A stretch of DNA of 64,000 nucleotides, taken from the NCBI GenBank assembly GCA_951406725.2, contig OX597826.1, positions 35,092,001 to 35,156,000 of the forward strand. Reading direction: 5' to 3'. Positions 12,522 through 27,374 of this stretch are shown one piece after another (the stretch's first letter is position 1; the number at the start of each line of letters is the position of its first letter). The DNA is from Octopus vulgaris (lineage: Eukaryota). The notes beneath the pieces were generated by a model, which searched no databases, was not told the DNA's origin, and saw only the letters and a program-made list of their open reading frames with translations. Both the position numbers and the translations under genes were made by a program.

Positions 12522-14652
12522 TGTATGTATGTATGTATGTATGTATGTATGTATGTATGTATGTATGTATGTATGTATGTATGTATGCATGAGAGAGAGG
12601 GGAGATAGCGGATAAGAGTTCTAAGCGTATCTGTACATGTTCATATCTCTGTTGTATTCCTTCAAATTGTAACGTTTTACTTTACGAATGATTCCTAATA
12701 GAAAATCGTCCATCATTATTCATTTTCTCTTTGCTTCTGTTGCTTGAACTACAGATTTAATTTCTAATAGATAGTTGTATGAATTCTCTAAAGATAGTTT
12801 CTCTATCTTTATATTGTCTACAATAACACTTTGCAGGTGTGAATCTTCTTATTTTCCCTTTATATATTCTTCGTTTTATTGTATTTATTCATTAGTATTC
12901 TTGTGCCAAGAAACATCACACCTAATTCAATCATATTTATTAACAGAACTTTCTGCATTCTTATCAATTTTTCTCACTATTCTGTTTTCCTCTAAGCTTC
13001 TATTGCTTAACCTGTGATTTCTTTCCTAGTACTTTATGGAAATATTGAAATTACGTAGCTAAGATCAATTATGGCGCAAGAACGATGCATGCAAATGCAG
13101 AAGAGAAGAATTATGTTTGAAAGAACGTGGACTTGTATAATGGACAATAAAAATTCACGCACAAAATTGAAGCTAAAATATATGAAACATGTATAAAACA
13201 TATGTGTGAGACATGCTTGAAACATATGTATATGTCCTGATATCACCCTTCGATATTGTGATGCCTGGTTCACAAGTAATATTTTACGTATGTGCTTCGA
13301 TTGCAGTAGTTTAAAATAGAATGACTGTTTTCAATTATAGAATGTAGTGAAAGAAGGTGCATTGTTCATGCTTCTGGTCAGTCGATCTGGAAGATAACGT
13401 CACTCTGAATGTGACTTCTTTGAATGTTACCGTAAAGAAGGGATTAAAGAAAACATCGATGGAGGGAAGCAAGTAAGCAGCAAACACTCTTAAATCCCGT
13501 GGTGTCCAATTGCTCACGCTCTTATTGTAAACTTTATGTCAAATATGCTATGCCGCCTGTCTTAGAAAACAGGTGAATTCAACGAAATTATATTGTGGGC
13601 GCCGCGATATACTCATGATGATAAAAGAATAAAATGTCATTTTATCTTAACAAATTTTTCATTTCACTGCAAGTTCTTATTATAATGAAAATCCAAGTTC
13701 TTATTGTAATGAAAATGGATCAAAAAGAACATTACGGATGTAATAAATCCTGGCACCTTCCGTCGGGAGACAATAAACTCAAATTCATTCGATCAAAATT
13801 ATACTCAATGGAGAAGATCAATGCAAATAGGTAATCCAAATAGGGCGGCGAGCTGGCAGAATCGTTAGCACGCTGGGCGAAATGCGTAGCCGTATTTCGT
13901 CTGCCGTTACGTTCTGAGTTCAAATTCCACCGAGGTCGACTTTGCCTTTCATCCTTTCGGGGTCGATAAATTAAGTACCAGTTACGCACTGGGGTCGATG
14001 TAATCGACTTAATCCGTTTGTCTCTCCTTGTTTCTCCCCTTTATGTTTAGCCCCTTGTGGGTAGTAAGGAAATAGGTATTTCGTCTGCCGTTACGTTCCG
14101 AGTTCAAATTCCGCTGAAGTCGACTTTACCTTTCATCCTTTCGGGGTCGATTAAATAAGTACCAGTTGCACACTGGGGATCGATGTAATCAACTTAATCC
14201 CTTTGTCTGTCCTCGTTTGTCGCCTCTGTGTTTAGCGCCCTGTGGGCAATAAATAATTAAATGGGTAATCCACTAAAGGTTATCTAACTTAGTGATACGA
14301 GTTCAATAAGAAACAAGCTTTATTTAACTTCTGTCTATTTCTTCTGGTGATATGAAATACATTTTGCCTTATTAATCTATCTCACAGCATGCCTACTACT
14401 AAATGCACCCGCTTCTCCTTTCGATCTCCTTAGAATGATTTTTCACTTAGTTTAAAATCCAAATAAGGAACATGTCATCCTTGTATCTTTCGAAAACTGG
14501 TGCGATTTGAAAATATTGACTCACTTTGTTAATTTTTCCGGCATATGCAGCATTCAGTCCGACTGCGTGGGATTGAACGCAGTATCATGTAGCAGGGAAG
14601 CAAACTTCTTACCGCATAGCAACGCCTATATATTTAAATGTATACATACACT

Positions 14653-14685
<33 letters not shown>

Positions 14686-14726
14686 GCATGCATGCATAGA
14701 AAGACATACACATACGAATATATGTG

Positions 14727-14760
<34 letters not shown>

Positions 14761-14761
14761 G

Positions 14762-14792
<31 letters not shown>

Positions 14793-14846
14793 GAGAGAGA
14801 CAGATAGATAGATAGATACATGCATAGGCACACGTTTCCCCGTGTA

Positions 14847-14882
<36 letters not shown>

Positions 14883-14932
14883 TTTATTCTTCATTATTTC
14901 TTCCATAGAACACACACACACACACACACACA
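12246..14932 (+). repeat. 2.7-kb tandem duplication, copy 1
   Basis: Near-identical to 14933-17679. The ORF track repeats at offset 2697 (12775/15472, 13335/16032). Confidence 0.97.
13844..14258 (+). mobile_element. SINE family A, partial-tandem dimer with an approximate TSD
   Basis: A full monomer is followed by a second unit restarting at GGTATTTCGTCTG. Flanks are AAATAGGTAATCCA and AAATGGGTAATCCA. Confidence 0.9.
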
Positions 14933-15052
14933 CATGGTTCTTTTCTCCCTCATAAAAACGAAAATTTATATTAATATCGGGTTTGTTTTAGATATTCACT
15001 TTTATATTTTATGCACGTATCGATGCATTTCCGAGAGGGAACACGGATGACA

Positions 15053-15090
<38 letters not shown>

Positions 15091-15169
15091 TGCGGGTGCG
15101 TGAGTGCATGTTTTTATGGGTGGTGTTTTTGTGCGTATGTCCATTTTGCCTATAACTTTGTAACTGTGC

Positions 15170-15266
<97 letters not shown>

Positions 15267-17349
15267 TGTATGTATGTATGTATACATGAGAGAGAGGGGA
15301 GATAGCGGATAAGAGTTCTAAGCGTATCTGTACATGTACATATCTCTGTTGTATTCCTTCAAATTGTAACGTTTTACTTTACGAATGATTCCTAATAGAA
15401 AATCGTCCATCATTATTCATTTTCTCTTTGCTTCTGTTACTTGAACTACAGATTTAATTTCTAATAGATAGTTGTATGAATTCTCTAAAGATAGTTTCTC
15501 TATCTTTATATTGTCTACAATAACACTTTGCAGGTGTGAATCTTCTTATTTTCCCTTTATATATTCTTCGTTTTATTGTATTTATTCATTAGTATTCTTG
15601 TGCCAAGAAACATCACACCTAATTCAATCATATTTATTAACAGAACTTTCTGCATTCTTATCAATTTTTCTCACTATTCTGTTTTCCTCTAAGCTTCTAT
15701 TGCTTAACCTGTGATTTCTTTCCTAGTACTTTATGGAAATATTGAAATTACGTAGCTAAGATCAATTATGGCGCAAGAACGATGCATGCAAATGCAGAAG
15801 AGAAGAATTATGTTTGAAAGAACGTGGACTTGTATAATGGACAATAAAAATTCACGCACAAAATTGAAGCTAAAATATATGAAATATGTATAAAACATAT
15901 GTGTGAGACATGTTTGAAACATATGTATATGATCTGATAGCACCCTTCGATATTGTGATGCCTGGTTCACAAGTAACATTTTACGTATGTGCTTCGATTG
16001 CAGTAGTTTAAAGTAGAATGACTGTTTTCAATTATAGAATGTCGTGAAAGAAGGTGCATTGTTCATGCTTCTGGTCAGTCGATCTGGAAGATAACGTCAC
16101 TCTGAATGTGACTTCTTTGAATGTTACCGTAAAGAAGGGATTAAAGAAAACATCGATGGAGGGAAGCAAGTAAGCAGCAAACACTCTTAAATCCCGTGGT
16201 GTCCAATTGCTCACGCTCTTATTGTAAACTTTATGTCAAATATGCTATGCCGCCTGTCTTAGAAAACAGGTGAATTCAACGAAATTATATTGTGGGCGCC
16301 GCGATATACTCATGATGATAAAAGAATAAAATGTCATTTTATCTTAACAAATTTTTCATTTCACTGCAAGTTCTTATTATAATGAAAATCCAAGTTCTTA
16401 TTGTAATGAAAATGGATCAAAAAGAACATTACGGATGTAATTAATCCTGGCACCTTCCGTCGGGAGACAATAAACTCAAATTCATTCGATCAAAATTATA
16501 CTCAATGGAGAAGATCAATGCAAATAGGTAATCCAAATAGGGCGGCGAGCTGGCAGAATCGTTAGCACGCTGGGCGAAATGCGTAGCCGTATTTCGTCTG
16601 CCGTTACGTTCTGAGTTCAAATTCCACCGAGGTCGACTTTGCCTTTCATCCTTTCGGGGTCGATAAATTAAGTACCAGTTACGCACTGGGGTCGATGTAA
16701 TCGACTTAATCCGTTTGTCTCTCCTTGTTTCTCCCCTTTATGTTTAGCCCCTTGTGGGTAGTAAGGAAATAGGTATTTCGTCTGCCGTTACGTTCCGAGT
16801 TCAAATTCCGCTGAAGTCGACTTTACCTTTCATCCTTTCGGGGTCGATTAAATAAGTACCAGTTGCACACTGGGGATCGATGTAATCAACTTAATCCCTT
16901 TGTCTGTCCTCGTTTGTCGCCTCTGTGTTTAGCGCCCTGTGGGCAATAAATAATTAAATGGGTAATCCACTAAAGGTTATCTAACTTAGTGATACGAGTT
17001 CAATAAGAAACAAGCTTTATTTAACTTCTGTCTATTTCTTCTGGTGATATGAAATACATTTTGCCTTATTAATCTATCTCACAGCATGCCTACTACTAAA
17101 TGCACCCGCTTCTCCTTTCGATCTCCTTAGAATGATTTTTCACTTAGTTTAAAATCCAAATAAGGAACATGTCATCCTTGTATCTTTCGAAAACTGGTGC
17201 GATTTGAAAATATTGACTCACTTTGTTAATTTTTCCGGCACATGCAGCATTCAGTCCGACTGCGTGGGATTGAACGCAGTATCATGTAGCAGGGAAGCAA
17301 ACTTCTTACCGCATAGCAACGCCTATATATTTAAATGTATACATACACT

Positions 17350-17382
<33 letters not shown>

Positions 17383-17423
17383 GCATGCATGCATAGAAAG
17401 ACATACACATACGAATATATGTG

Positions 17424-17455
<32 letters not shown>

Positions 17456-17456
17456 G

Positions 17457-17487
<31 letters not shown>

Positions 17488-17679
17488 GAGAGAGACAGAT
17501 AGATAGATAGATACATGCATAGGCACACGTTTCCCCGTGTACATATATATACACTCACTTGACCGTTTACTTCTTTGAAACCAATAAAGTCTCGTCTAGA
17601 TTTCAACATAGCTATCAAACTCAATTAATTTATTCTTCATTATTTCTTCCATAGAACACACACACACACACACACACAC
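14933..17679 (+). repeat. 2.7-kb tandem duplication, copy 2 (includes SINE A dimer at about 16541-16955)
   Basis: Differs from copy 1 by scattered substitutions, microsatellite lengths and an extra ~70 bp at 17555-17627. Confidence 0.97.
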
Positions 17680-18668
17680 GTACATGTATGTATGTACTTT
17701 AGTCCCTTCCACTTCAGTGAATATCACAAAGAATTCCTTTTTGTATTGTGTGAAGATTTGATGGATGAATGTATGAATTCGATGTGGGTGAAAAATATAG
17801 CCATGAAATGTAGCAAAAAATAGCACAAAACGCCTAAGACGTACTTGTGATGATCTATTTATGTCTAGATAATAGGTGATAAAAATTGAGTTATGTTCCT
17901 TGCTCGTATATACGAGATAATCCTGTGTGGTTGGACGTCTTTTCGTAGTTCATGGATCAATATCAGATTCTTTTACAGACTGACAATCGTCTCATACTTA
18001 GAAAACCAATTTATTTGGTTTTATATTGTGAAGGAAAATATTACAGTTAATTCATTTGAACCGTACGTATAACTGGTATGCTTTGTATCAGTTTTGTATT
18101 TTACTATTTATTATAAGTAAACAAAAATTAATGAGTCAAATAAATAAAAGTACCAAGATTTATTTTTGCGATCCCATGTACACATTACACACAAAATTAC
18201 TAGGGTACCTGGAAATCCAAATTCAAAATTTTCTTCTGCTTGACGCAATGTTCTGCGCGACAGGACTTTTAGTTTTTCCTTCTCTTTTTTTAGAAAAAAA
18301 ACTTTAACGGCTTTGCTCATTTGAATATAATAAAAATTCTTTAGAATTGCATGTAAATTATTTTGATACACCTTACAGATTTAAAAAATGTTTCAGTTTT
18401 AATTGATCCTGAAAAATGTGAACACATTGTTTGATATAGAAAAAATATATATGTATATCTATATATCTATATATTTATTTGTATAGCTGTCTGTTTATCT
18501 ATCTAGATATATTCATATATATATATATTACGAAGATGTACTCGCATAGCAAGTAATTTGATCTGAGATCGTGTGCTGGAACGAAAACAATTGCAGCGTG
18601 GAAGGTGTTTGTAAGCCATTTAAGAAACACACAAAAGCCGTTCGATTCACTTCAACATTTAAGTTTCA

Positions 18669-18718
18669 TTTGTCAAAATATTTTCGTCGCTTAAATCAGC
18701 GACCTGTTCACTGACAAA
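18669..18718 (-). ncRNA. minimal type I hammerhead-like motif with G3-C8 core swap, within a ~210-bp insert (18528-18735) between (TA)n tracts
   Basis: UUUGUCA-GUGAACA-g-GUCGC(ugauuuaa)GCGAC-GAAA-auau-UU-UGACAAA: 7-bp stem I, 5-bp stem II and palindromic stem III. Confidence 0.6.
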
Positions 18719-18741
18719 AATCCGTGCTGCATCTATGTGTT

Positions 18742-18793
<52 letters not shown>

Positions 18794-18796
18794 CTT

Positions 18797-19174
18797 GTTT
18801 TATTTTACTCGTTTCAATCATCTGGAGCAGCGCCTTTAGTCGAGCAAATCGACCCCAGGACTTATTCTTTGTAAGCCTAGTACTTATTCTATTGGTCTCT
18901 TTTGCCGAACCGCTAAGTTACGGGGACGTAAACACACCAGTATCGGTTGTCAAGCGATGGAGGGCTGACAAAAACCGGACAATCAAACACACACACACAT
19001 ATATGTATATACGACGGGCTTCTTTCAGCTCCCGTCTACCAAATCCACTCACAAGGCTTTGGTCGTCCCGAGGTAATAGTAGAAGACACTCGCCCAAGGT
19101 GCCACGCAGTAGGACTGAACCCGGAATCATGTGGTTGGTTAGCAAGCTACTTACCACACAGCCACTCCTGCGCC
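18797..19174 (-). mobile_element. tRNA-derived SINE family B, near full length
   Basis: Reverse complement GGCGCAGGAGTGGCTGTGTGGTAAG..GGGTTCAGTCC..CCTTGGGCGAGTGTCTTC; colinear with 36228-36652. Confidence 0.9.
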
Positions 19175-19187
19175 TATAAAAATATTC

Positions 19188-19259
19188 TGGAGATGCCGGG
19201 GATCGGACCCGGGGCCTTTCGCATGCAAAGCGAACGCTCTAGCACTGAGTTACGTCCCC
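19188..19259 (-). tRNA. tRNA-Ala(TGC), probably a pseudogene
   Basis: GGGGACGTAACTCAGTGCTAGAGCGTTCGCTTTGCATGCGAAAGGCCCCGGGTCCGATCCCCGGCATCTCCA. It has G3:U70, a TGC anticodon and a T5 run 5 nt downstream. Lesions: D-loop GG to GC, T-loop TTC to TCC, and two stem mismatches. Confidence 0.85.
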
Positions 19260-19559
19260 GATATATATAATATATACATATATCTTTGCGGTTATACATA
19301 CATACTTATATACATATGTGAGTGTATACGTGTGTATATACACACACATACATATATCCCTACGTATAGATATGTATATATTTGTATGTATCTCGAAATT
19401 TTGAAGTGCTGTTTACATTAACTAATGCATGTCGTTTAATTTGCTAATGTTTGGAAGAATATGTCTTCCATTACTGTAAAACGTCTTCGTAGTTTTCATT
19501 GCAAGCAAATAATGGCCTCTAAGTGGAATCCGCCTGCTGTAATGTTCTTGCATAGAAGA

Positions 19560-20470
19560 GTTCCAAGAAGCTGAAGATCTTGGAGATAACACAGTTGACA
19601 AGAGCGATGCGCATTGATGCACGAGATAATTTTGAAAAGGGAAAGACCAAAATGAATGTCGTTGACTTGAATCACCCTTACCGATTGAATAAGTTGCTTT
19701 GCGCGGACTGACATTATCCGGGAATTTTCTGTACAATGCATTGTAGCAGTTGGTGGAAGATTTGGGGTATTAAATGTTGTGTGCACATTGAGTATCTCGG
19801 CAGCTGATATTTGAGTTAAAGGAGAGAATGGCGGAATTCGGAGTTTCTCTTCTGAAAGCGTTTATAGCCAATGAAGATGCGTTTTCCCTTTTCGATCTTG
19901 TTGATGGCATGAAACGTCGGCATATATTGACGATCACACAACAAAGGTTCATTTCACCATTTCATCGAATGGTATCACATCTTTTCTCCAAAAACAATAA
20001 ATTCATAGACAGAAATCTGCGCAGAAATTTATGGTTACTATTCCTCGGGGACGACAACGTGACTAATCTCTTTGATTTTGTGTAAAGTGATTGTATTGTG
20101 CAAGCGGTACAACGAGGCGCTCAAAACTCCTTGTAAAACCAAGCTGAGACCAAACAAAAGTATGAAAATAATCCATAGTTTCCGTGACAATGTGTGTCCA
20201 CATCCATCTTAGGAATGAATCAGCATTCAGTAAATTAGGTAACTCAGCGGTTCCCCATCACCGTACAGCCAACATTTAATACTCGCCGACTTCCGCTCAT
20301 CGGGCCAAAGAAGGACAGTTGTTGGAAACAATAATTTGGTGAAAGTGACGACTTGAACGTGACTTTGACGAAATGGGTACATCAATGTACATCTGGAAGT
20401 TTCAAGGAGGATTCAAGAGTTGGGTTCACCGAAGAAGAGGCTTGCGAAGGAATTTCGGATGATTTAGTAC
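19560..20470 (+). pseudogene. decayed mariner transposase
   Basis: CAH*VSRQL (compare CARWVPRQL) near 19781, and PSPYSQHLILADFR (compare HPPYSPDLAPSDF) near 20255. Many stops and frameshifts. Confidence 0.65.
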
Positions 20471-20584
20471 CTTTGTACAGAGGAAATGCTTTTCTATAAA
20501 GATGTGCAATTTAGCTACATATGTCAGCTGAATTCGGTTCATTTTTCTTTTGTGCCAGTATTTCGGTTCACACTTTGTATATGT

Positions 20585-21125
20585 ATGGTGGCTGCCCCCT
20601 CCTTATCGAGTATGGCCATTGCACGAAGCTTAATCAATGTTGTTATCGTGCAATGCCCGTGCAAGAAGATTGTTTTTAAAGTGAGGAAAGGCTGTGCACT
20701 GAGTCAATCCCACTCACTAAGCAACAGCAGCCATAATTCGAAACGAAGAACAAGTCAACATCATCGGTAACCACTGAGCCGCAGATTTTATGTCGGAGTT
20801 ATCCCAGTTACCTGAGTTACCTTCTCCTAGAAGGATGCCCTAACAAAGGCTAGGAGTCCTTCACTCCTAATGGTTTAACCGCGCTATCGGGTGTTCAGTC
20901 CGATTATTTCTATGTCCCCGCGCATGATACAGTCTTAAGACATTTATTGGATGGCTGTTGACTCTCAAGGGTTCCTCCGCCCTTTGACGGGTTTTGTTTT
21001 TCATCCCGCAGGGTGTCCAATAAACACCCTCCTTGGTGGAGTTGCTGGTTTAGTCGCCGACGACCCGGCCATGCAACAGGTTGTACTGGGTTACACGTTA
21101 CCAGTAGCACTCGAAAGTGACCTGA
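20585..21125 (-). mobile_element. GC-richer interspersed repeat, possibly derived from an RTE 5' UTR
   Basis: Composition shift plus a CCTTCTCCTAG..GATGCC..AAGGCT motif reminiscent of RTE/BovB 5' regions. Single copy in the window. Confidence 0.3.
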
Positions 21126-21725
21126 CTTGTTGTATACATACATAAATACATACATGAAAAATTATACATATCATATGTACATGTGCAAATATCATTTATA
21201 TGTGGGTGGGTGTGTTTGCGTGTGTGTGTGTGAGTGTGTGTACTTTTGCATACAAACACGTGGCAGCAGTGGCAAAAAGCCAGTGGGAATAACTGATAAA
21301 TGTTGAGGACAGTGACAAAAACAAACATAAGAAAATGAAATAATTACAATAACTCAACAAAAAATCCGTGCGGTTATCAGACAAAAATGGAGTAGCAAAA
21401 AGGAAAAAATGGTTGTCCTGTAGGACGTGAGACGGTTTGTCTTATAGGAAATTCCTTACATTTCTGCATAACATGTCAACTTTGCTGATTCCTATTGGAA
21501 AATGAAACACGGCTAATGGAGAATAAATAATATTAAACATTTCCATATTCCTGTTTTGTATGTATTAATATATATGTATATAAACATGTATACTGATATA
21601 CGCAAGCCGGGTTTTCTCATGATGTAATAACTCACTTCATCAATAAAAACACGCCTGACACAGTTGTAATGTATGAACCACTATCCATTTGTTGTTACTT
21701 GTTGATATATATATATATATATATA

Positions 21726-22222
21726 CTAGCAGTATCGCCCGGTGTTGCTCGGGTTTGTAAGGGAAATAACCTTATAAGCATTTTTAGAGAGTTACTTCCC
21801 TTATAGATGCCAATTCGGGCTTTCTTAGCCATTTCTGTTTTGGTGTCTTCAAGCCATGAAGTCATTGTTCTAAAAGAACGCTGGTCTCCTTGACAACGCT
21901 TTACGACGTTGATTTCCTTACACTCCCTTCCCCACAGGTTCACGAGGGAGGGAAGAAGGTGGAGAAGCAAACAGGTGCAGGTGTGACCATGGACGCCAAC
22001 TCCGCCGCAATCGACACACGAAAAATTATGCATTAAAATGGAATAAAAAATTATGTTAAATTATTTTTTAAATCGTAGACTCATCGTAGACGCGCGCTAA
22101 TACTCAGACGGGCTCGATGTGAATCACGACTATAAGATACCCGAATTTGGCTAAACTGCACCGCAAAATGTGGGAGTAGTTAGGAATCTAAATCGAAGGG
22201 GACAGACACTCACACAACTACA

Positions 22223-22240
<18 letters not shown>
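21726..22240 (-). mobile_element. non-autonomous Helitron, copy 1
   Basis: Minus-strand 3' end has the hairpin CCCGAGCAACACCGGG followed by CTAG. The 5' end merges into (TA)n. Homologous to 42547-43078. Confidence 0.85.
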
Positions 22241-22261
<21 letters not shown>

Positions 22262-23399
22262 AAAGAAAAAATAAGATATAAACAAATGAAAAAACAAATT
22301 TGACAATCGTGTATAAACAAGGGGATACTGATATAATACAGGCTCATTCCCACACACTAAACATAGACACACAGAGGTATACGCATGCACAAATAATGAC
22401 ACAATAGATATATAAAATGGCTGATCATTAGTAAGGAAAGACACAAAAAAGGAAGAAGAAAGCAAAGGATCAGCGATGAGGTCACAGAAATGTGACGAAA
22501 GAAGTCTGACCGAAATACGATTAATATAAAATAAAACTGAAGCAAGTGAACACCGAATATATAGTGCGAGTGTTTTTATTGGCTAAACTGGCAACATGAC
22601 CGTCCCCAAATACAACAATATACACAGACACACACACACACACATGTATATGTGTGTGTGTGTGTATATATATATATACATACACACACACACACACACA
22701 CAGACATACATGAGTGTGTACATACATTTACATTCAAACAAGTGGCGCCAGTGGCAAAAAAGCCACTGAGAATAGCTAACACACGCACACATGTATTTAA
22801 GTATGTATATATGTATGTATATAAGTATGTATGCATGAAAAATATTGTGCATGATATTATCAAGAATATGTTTCAACTTATATTTTGATATACATCTAAT
22901 TTAACTTGAAAATGCAAGAATAACTCGAGATTAGAACTATAAAAATGTTTCCAGTTTAATACACATCATAAGAGGAACTTACTCTTCCACCTGCTCGGTA
23001 GACCTAGAATTTTACAACGAAGACATACACGTAGCAACAATCCTGTATTATTTGGTCTGAGTAATTACAGTTGTATACTGAAAGAACAATGACCATCTAG
23101 TTTAATTTATCAGACAGCTTGTTGTTGTTAGAGTAATATATTTTGCCGTATAATGGCCACATTTCAAATGATATAGAACCACTACACTTTGATATCACTC
23201 GCTATTACATATCACTAAATCAAAACATTAAAATCATAATGTTTATAGCTACATATATTATGTGATTTACTCTTCCAAATGCTCTTCTGAAAATATAGTT
23301 TGATATATCAGTGGGTGTATCAGTATATATACACTCGAATATATCTTCATATGCTTTTGAAATATCATAGTACTAAACGTCTCTGCTATTTACTTTGAT

Positions 23400-24075
<676 letters not shown>

Positions 24076-24447
24076 ACGTATATACATATCTATACTCGCG
24101 CATTATTTTAGACATTCATTTATCAATATATTCTTTTGATATCGCAACATGTTTTCTTTTTACTTCCATTCACCGCCATTTCTTTTACGTTTTCTTTTTT
24201 GTTTTGTTTTATAGTTGTTTTCATGTTCCACCGATTCCTATAAATGGATAATGTCACTTATCTTGATTACATCTTTGATATATTATCACTTTGATCGGAG
24301 AACAAAAAAATACAAACAATACAAGTTAAATCAAGATTAAAAAAATAAATATATATATATACATGTATACTCATTCCTCTACAGTATGTACATCGTTTTT
24401 AAGCGAAAGAACATAAGAGAGAAGGAAAAGATAGGCCCACTCAGAAG

Positions 24448-24659
<212 letters not shown>

Positions 24660-25072
24660 TATCCGCCAAAATCTGGAACGATCAGATTGTGAAGAATCCT
24701 GCCTCCAGAAGGAATATTAGTGTACTACTTTTAGTATGTAATCTCACTGTAATGTCCTGATTTGGTATTTCGATATCTACTTTACTTACTTCATCGCGCG
24801 CACTTTTACTGTACTCATTTTTTATTTCTCCTCCTACCACTTTTTATTCTTTTTTTTGGGGGGGAGGGGTATCTTTACTTGTTTTCTATTATGTTATGCT
24901 TAGAGCAATATTAGACAACCAACTTGTTATCCATCGATATGCTGATACGAAAGTTTGCAAGCGTGCATCTCTCTATCTGCCTGTTTATCTATCTATCTGT
25001 CTGTCTGTGTGTCTATGTCTGCTGTCTGTCTATCTGCCTATCCATTTATTTGTCTATCTACCCGTCTATCCC

Positions 25073-25106
<34 letters not shown>

Positions 25107-25147
25107 CAACAAACTATCGATCTGTAAAATCTATCCATCTCTCTCTC

Positions 25148-25244
<97 letters not shown>

Positions 25245-25991
25245 TTACATATATATATGTATACATTTATGCAAGTAAATTTCTCTCACTCAATACATAT
25301 ACACACATATATGTAAAGACACATACATACATACATACATACATACATACATACATACATACATACATACATACATACATACATACATACATACATACAT
25401 AGAAGTATACAATGTCGGGTGAATTATTTCTTTCTTCACTAAGACAATTTTCAATTGCAAATTAGTTTTATAGATAAAAACCAATAAATGTTTCCTTTAA
25501 TCCTTGTATAGCTTCGATCATCATAATCATCATTCTAGTCACCACCACCACTATCACCATATTTATCATCATGAACATCATCATCGTCGTCGTAATCATC
25601 ATTCCCATCATCATCATCATCACCATAGTTATCGTCGTCGTCCCCCTCATCATCACTTTCATCATCCTCATTTTCATCAGCATCATTATCACAATTAAGT
25701 CGTCGTCATCATCGTCTTCATAGTTTCATCATCAACATCAGAGGTCCATCTTCATTCTCGTCAATATCATCAACCGCATAACCATTGTTATTATTTTTAG
25801 CCTTATCACGATTTTAAGCCATTTTATTCCTTCCAGCTTCGCCCCCTCCCCACCCTCTCCTCCTCCTCTTCATCATCATAATTTATTCCATGGTCATCAG
25901 TTTGATCACATCAACATTACTTTCAGTAATCACTCCATGCCCTCCGCCATATCATCATCATGCTCACCACCATCATCATCATAATTAGCTA

Positions 25992-26066
<75 letters not shown>

Positions 26067-26999
26067 CTTCTGCAATGAGATTTATTGTGCAGTTTTGTCC
26101 CACTCCTGATACCCATTACATCCACACCGTTTTACTCTACCCTGGTGACTCATATGCCTTTGCTTTCGTTTTCTATACAATTTTGTTGAGCATTTTTACT
26201 GCTATTTTCTATGAGTCGATAACTTTTTTATATCCTTAGACACAGCATTTGAATGAAAACATTTCTGATAATAATTTGTATTTGCACTGAACTGCTTCAG
26301 TCAGAAGCACACAGTTACATTCACATCACAGCTATCTTCATACTTGCACATCTAATTATAGAAATAGAGCCATACATACATGAATCCGATCGCAGATAAA
26401 CAGTTACTCCGACATGTATAAAGCAAATACAGACATACAATCACATACAGAACAAACTGGAATAACTAGAAACCGGCGCACAAAAAAGCATTAACGTTCA
26501 GGCACGCAGACCCATAGAAACATCCACACTCTGACAAAGCCACTCCTATACATGCATACATACACACATATGTTCATACGTACGTACATACATACATGCA
26601 TACATACATACAAATGGGAAGTGTAACACACTGCCTAAATACAAATCTAGAGAAATTAGGTTTCTCAAAACCAGAAAGGTGAAAGCTAATTCGAAGACTA
26701 CAGATAAAATCCGTAACTGGAACTGTAAAATCTGTAAAACTTTCCTGAAGTTTGTTTAAATATATATGGGCATGACTAGATATTCAGGTATATGCAAAAC
26801 ATACAAAATAGCATATATACATACGTAAAAGCAAAGAAAAATGCCCTGTCATTGATGTTAAAATTCCAAAGACGGAGCCTTGGATCTAGGCTAGAAACCG
26901 GCTCTTTTTCTATTGGCAAGAAATATTGAAATAAAACTGAACAATGACATACATACGTAGAGAGACAGACAGAGAGAGATAGCTTGATCGAGCGACAGA

Positions 27000-27330
27000 G
27001 ATGGTTGATTGTATGTTAAGGAGTTTACTTCGCTACCAGATGGTTCCGAGTTCAGGCCCGTTGCGTGACATCTGTACAAGTGTCTTCTACTATAGTCTCG
27101 GGCTGTCCACAAACTTGAGAGTGAGTTTTAGAGAGATAAACAGAAAGAAGCCCGGCGTATGTGCGTGTTTGTATTTTTGTCGGTGTTTGTTCTTCACCAT
27201 CACTCGATAACCGCTGCTAGTGTCATTGCGTCCCTTTAATCTAGCCGTTCGACTAAGATTCTTCAAGGCAGTATGTCAGCATGGCCGTAGTCCAACGATT
27301 GAAAGAACTGAAAGATTAAAAAGAAAAGAT
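27000..27330 (+). mobile_element. SINE family B, diverged
   Basis: GGTTCCGAGTTCAG..AAGTGTCTTCTACTATAG..AAAGAAGCCCG..CAGCATGGCCGTAGTC. Confidence 0.7.
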
Positions 27331-27374
27331 GAGAGATAGATGGTTATGTATGTATGTATGTATGTATGTATGTA

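Noticed and set aside
20910-21125. Possible HDV-like ribozyme in the GC-rich repeat
   Set aside because: Some stems are visible, but I could not build the nested double pseudoknot by eye. An Infernal or RNArobo search would be needed.
25468-25990. His-rich and Met-rich ORFs
   Set aside because: (CAT)n low-complexity sequence.
26860-26950. AGCCT..AGGCTAGAAACCGG as another hammerhead
   Set aside because: The CUGAnGA-equivalent strand is not recognisable in this copy, so it cannot be supported.
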